The position numbers and the translations under genes were made by a program. DNA of 64,000 nt, taken from positions 14,198,001-14,262,000 of the forward strand of contig CM052839.1 of NCBI GenBank assembly GCA_028534125.1, read 5' to 3'. How positions within the stretch are numbered: position 1 is the first letter of the stretch; each line of letters opens with the position of its first letter. This DNA comes from Lama glama. Its lineage: Eukaryota. This document shows positions 62,961 to 64,000 of this stretch, piece by piece. The notes beneath the pieces are model-generated. The model was given only the letters and a program-made list of their open reading frames with translations. It made no database searches and was not told the DNA's origin.

Positions 62961-63440
62961 CCCTCCCCCACCCCTCCCTCCCAGCCCCTTCCCCAGCAGG
63001 CCCAGCAGCTCCGACCCCCTCCCCCTTCCTCAGGGTCCTGAGGCACAGGAAGTTCACGTCCACTCCCATTACGCTGCCCTCCAAAAGGCCACCCACCCAA
63101 ACCCCAGCCTGTCCTTCCCCCCAGAGGAGGGGGCGCAGAGGAGCTGGCTGAGCCCAGGAACCCCTGGGGGCTTTGACTGGTTCAGTCACTTGACATTTTC
63201 CAGACTCTGCTCAGGTCCAATCCTGGAGACCCACAGGCATAGACCCCTGACCACCTCCCTCCTGAATGACGTGGGGGCAAAAGAAACCGCTGGAAAACAG
63301 GGGGGCCTGGGGGGAGCACTGGGCTGGGAAGAGCGGGAAAGGGCCTTCCAGCCCAGTGGCAGCAAAGAACATGGCCTGTTCCGGAACAGGGCCATATTTC
63401 TCTCCCCAGCTTAGCTGAAGGGCGGGCAGGGGTAGGGTGG

Positions 63441-63466
63441 GTGTGTGTGTGGGTGTGTGTGTGTGT
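63441..63466. repeat. Interrupted (GT)n microsatellite
   Basis: gtgtgtgtgtgggtgtgtgtgtgtgt. Confidence 0.85.
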
Positions 63467-64000
63467 CTGGCTGGGGGAGAGAGGGGTGTAATCCAGTGTG
63501 AGGACAGCTGGTCTGGTGACACCCTTGGGCCAAGTGGCTGGAGCAGGGGGCCTAGCTTGGCCTGGAGGCAAGGCACTTTGGGGGAAGGAGGGCCCTGAGC
63601 ACATGCAGGGCCTGGCAGAGCAGAGGGAGGTTCTCCAGGGGCTTCTACCCCCAGCTAGCCTAGATACATTGGGCCTGCTCACATCTCAGAAGTTCCCGGT
63701 GACCCTCAGACTGCTGGAGTGGGCCTAACAGCAGTGGCATGGGACAGCCTGCCCTCTGCCCTACCACGGCCAAGGTGCCCTCAAACTGCCCTTCTGGGAG
63801 GTGGCATTACCTCTCATTTCACAGATGTGGAAGCTGAGCTCCAGAGGGGACAGGGCCACCGTGGGAGTCCTCCCCACTGTGGGCCTGTGGGTGGGGCATG
63901 CATGTTTGCTTTGCTTCCCAGCTGCGGGCACCGGGGAGGTGTCCCCAGGCTCAAGGGCATGAGCTGCCAATGGGTGACAATGAAGCCCTGACTGGCTCCT

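Overview
GC-rich mammalian genomic DNA syntenic with the human 17p11.2 Smith-Magenis region. It is non-primate and non-rodent (intact miR-33b, no Alu/B1), probably a laurasiatherian. In order: the last five coding exons and ~3.3 kb 3'UTR of TOM1L2 (+), plus a candidate 87-nt cassette exon; the complete SREBF1 gene (+; first exons 1a and 1c, exons 2-19, 3450-nt 1a CDS = 1149 aa) with miR-33b in intron 16; and the whole RAI1 coding region (-; four coding exons, 5655 nt = 1884 aa), convergent with SREBF1, followed by RAI1 intron 2 with an internal CpG island. The only repeats I recognised are ancient MIR/L2/LTR fragments. Three regions have N gaps. I found no wholly new biological system. Best leads: an A/T-to-G/C-biased burst of amino-acid changes in the RAI1 N-terminus (gBGC-like); an ABCA1-type DR4/LXRE beside a full CRE just downstream of SREBF1 exon 1a; an SRE/NF-Y/E-box CpG island 2.3 kb upstream of exon 1a; a perfect miR-33 8mer in the SREBF1 bHLH exon; a TOM1L2 cassette exon whose expected acceptor reads GG; and a perfect D-box palindrome in RAI1 intron 2. 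Orthologue comparisons are from memory and need confirmation by alignment.
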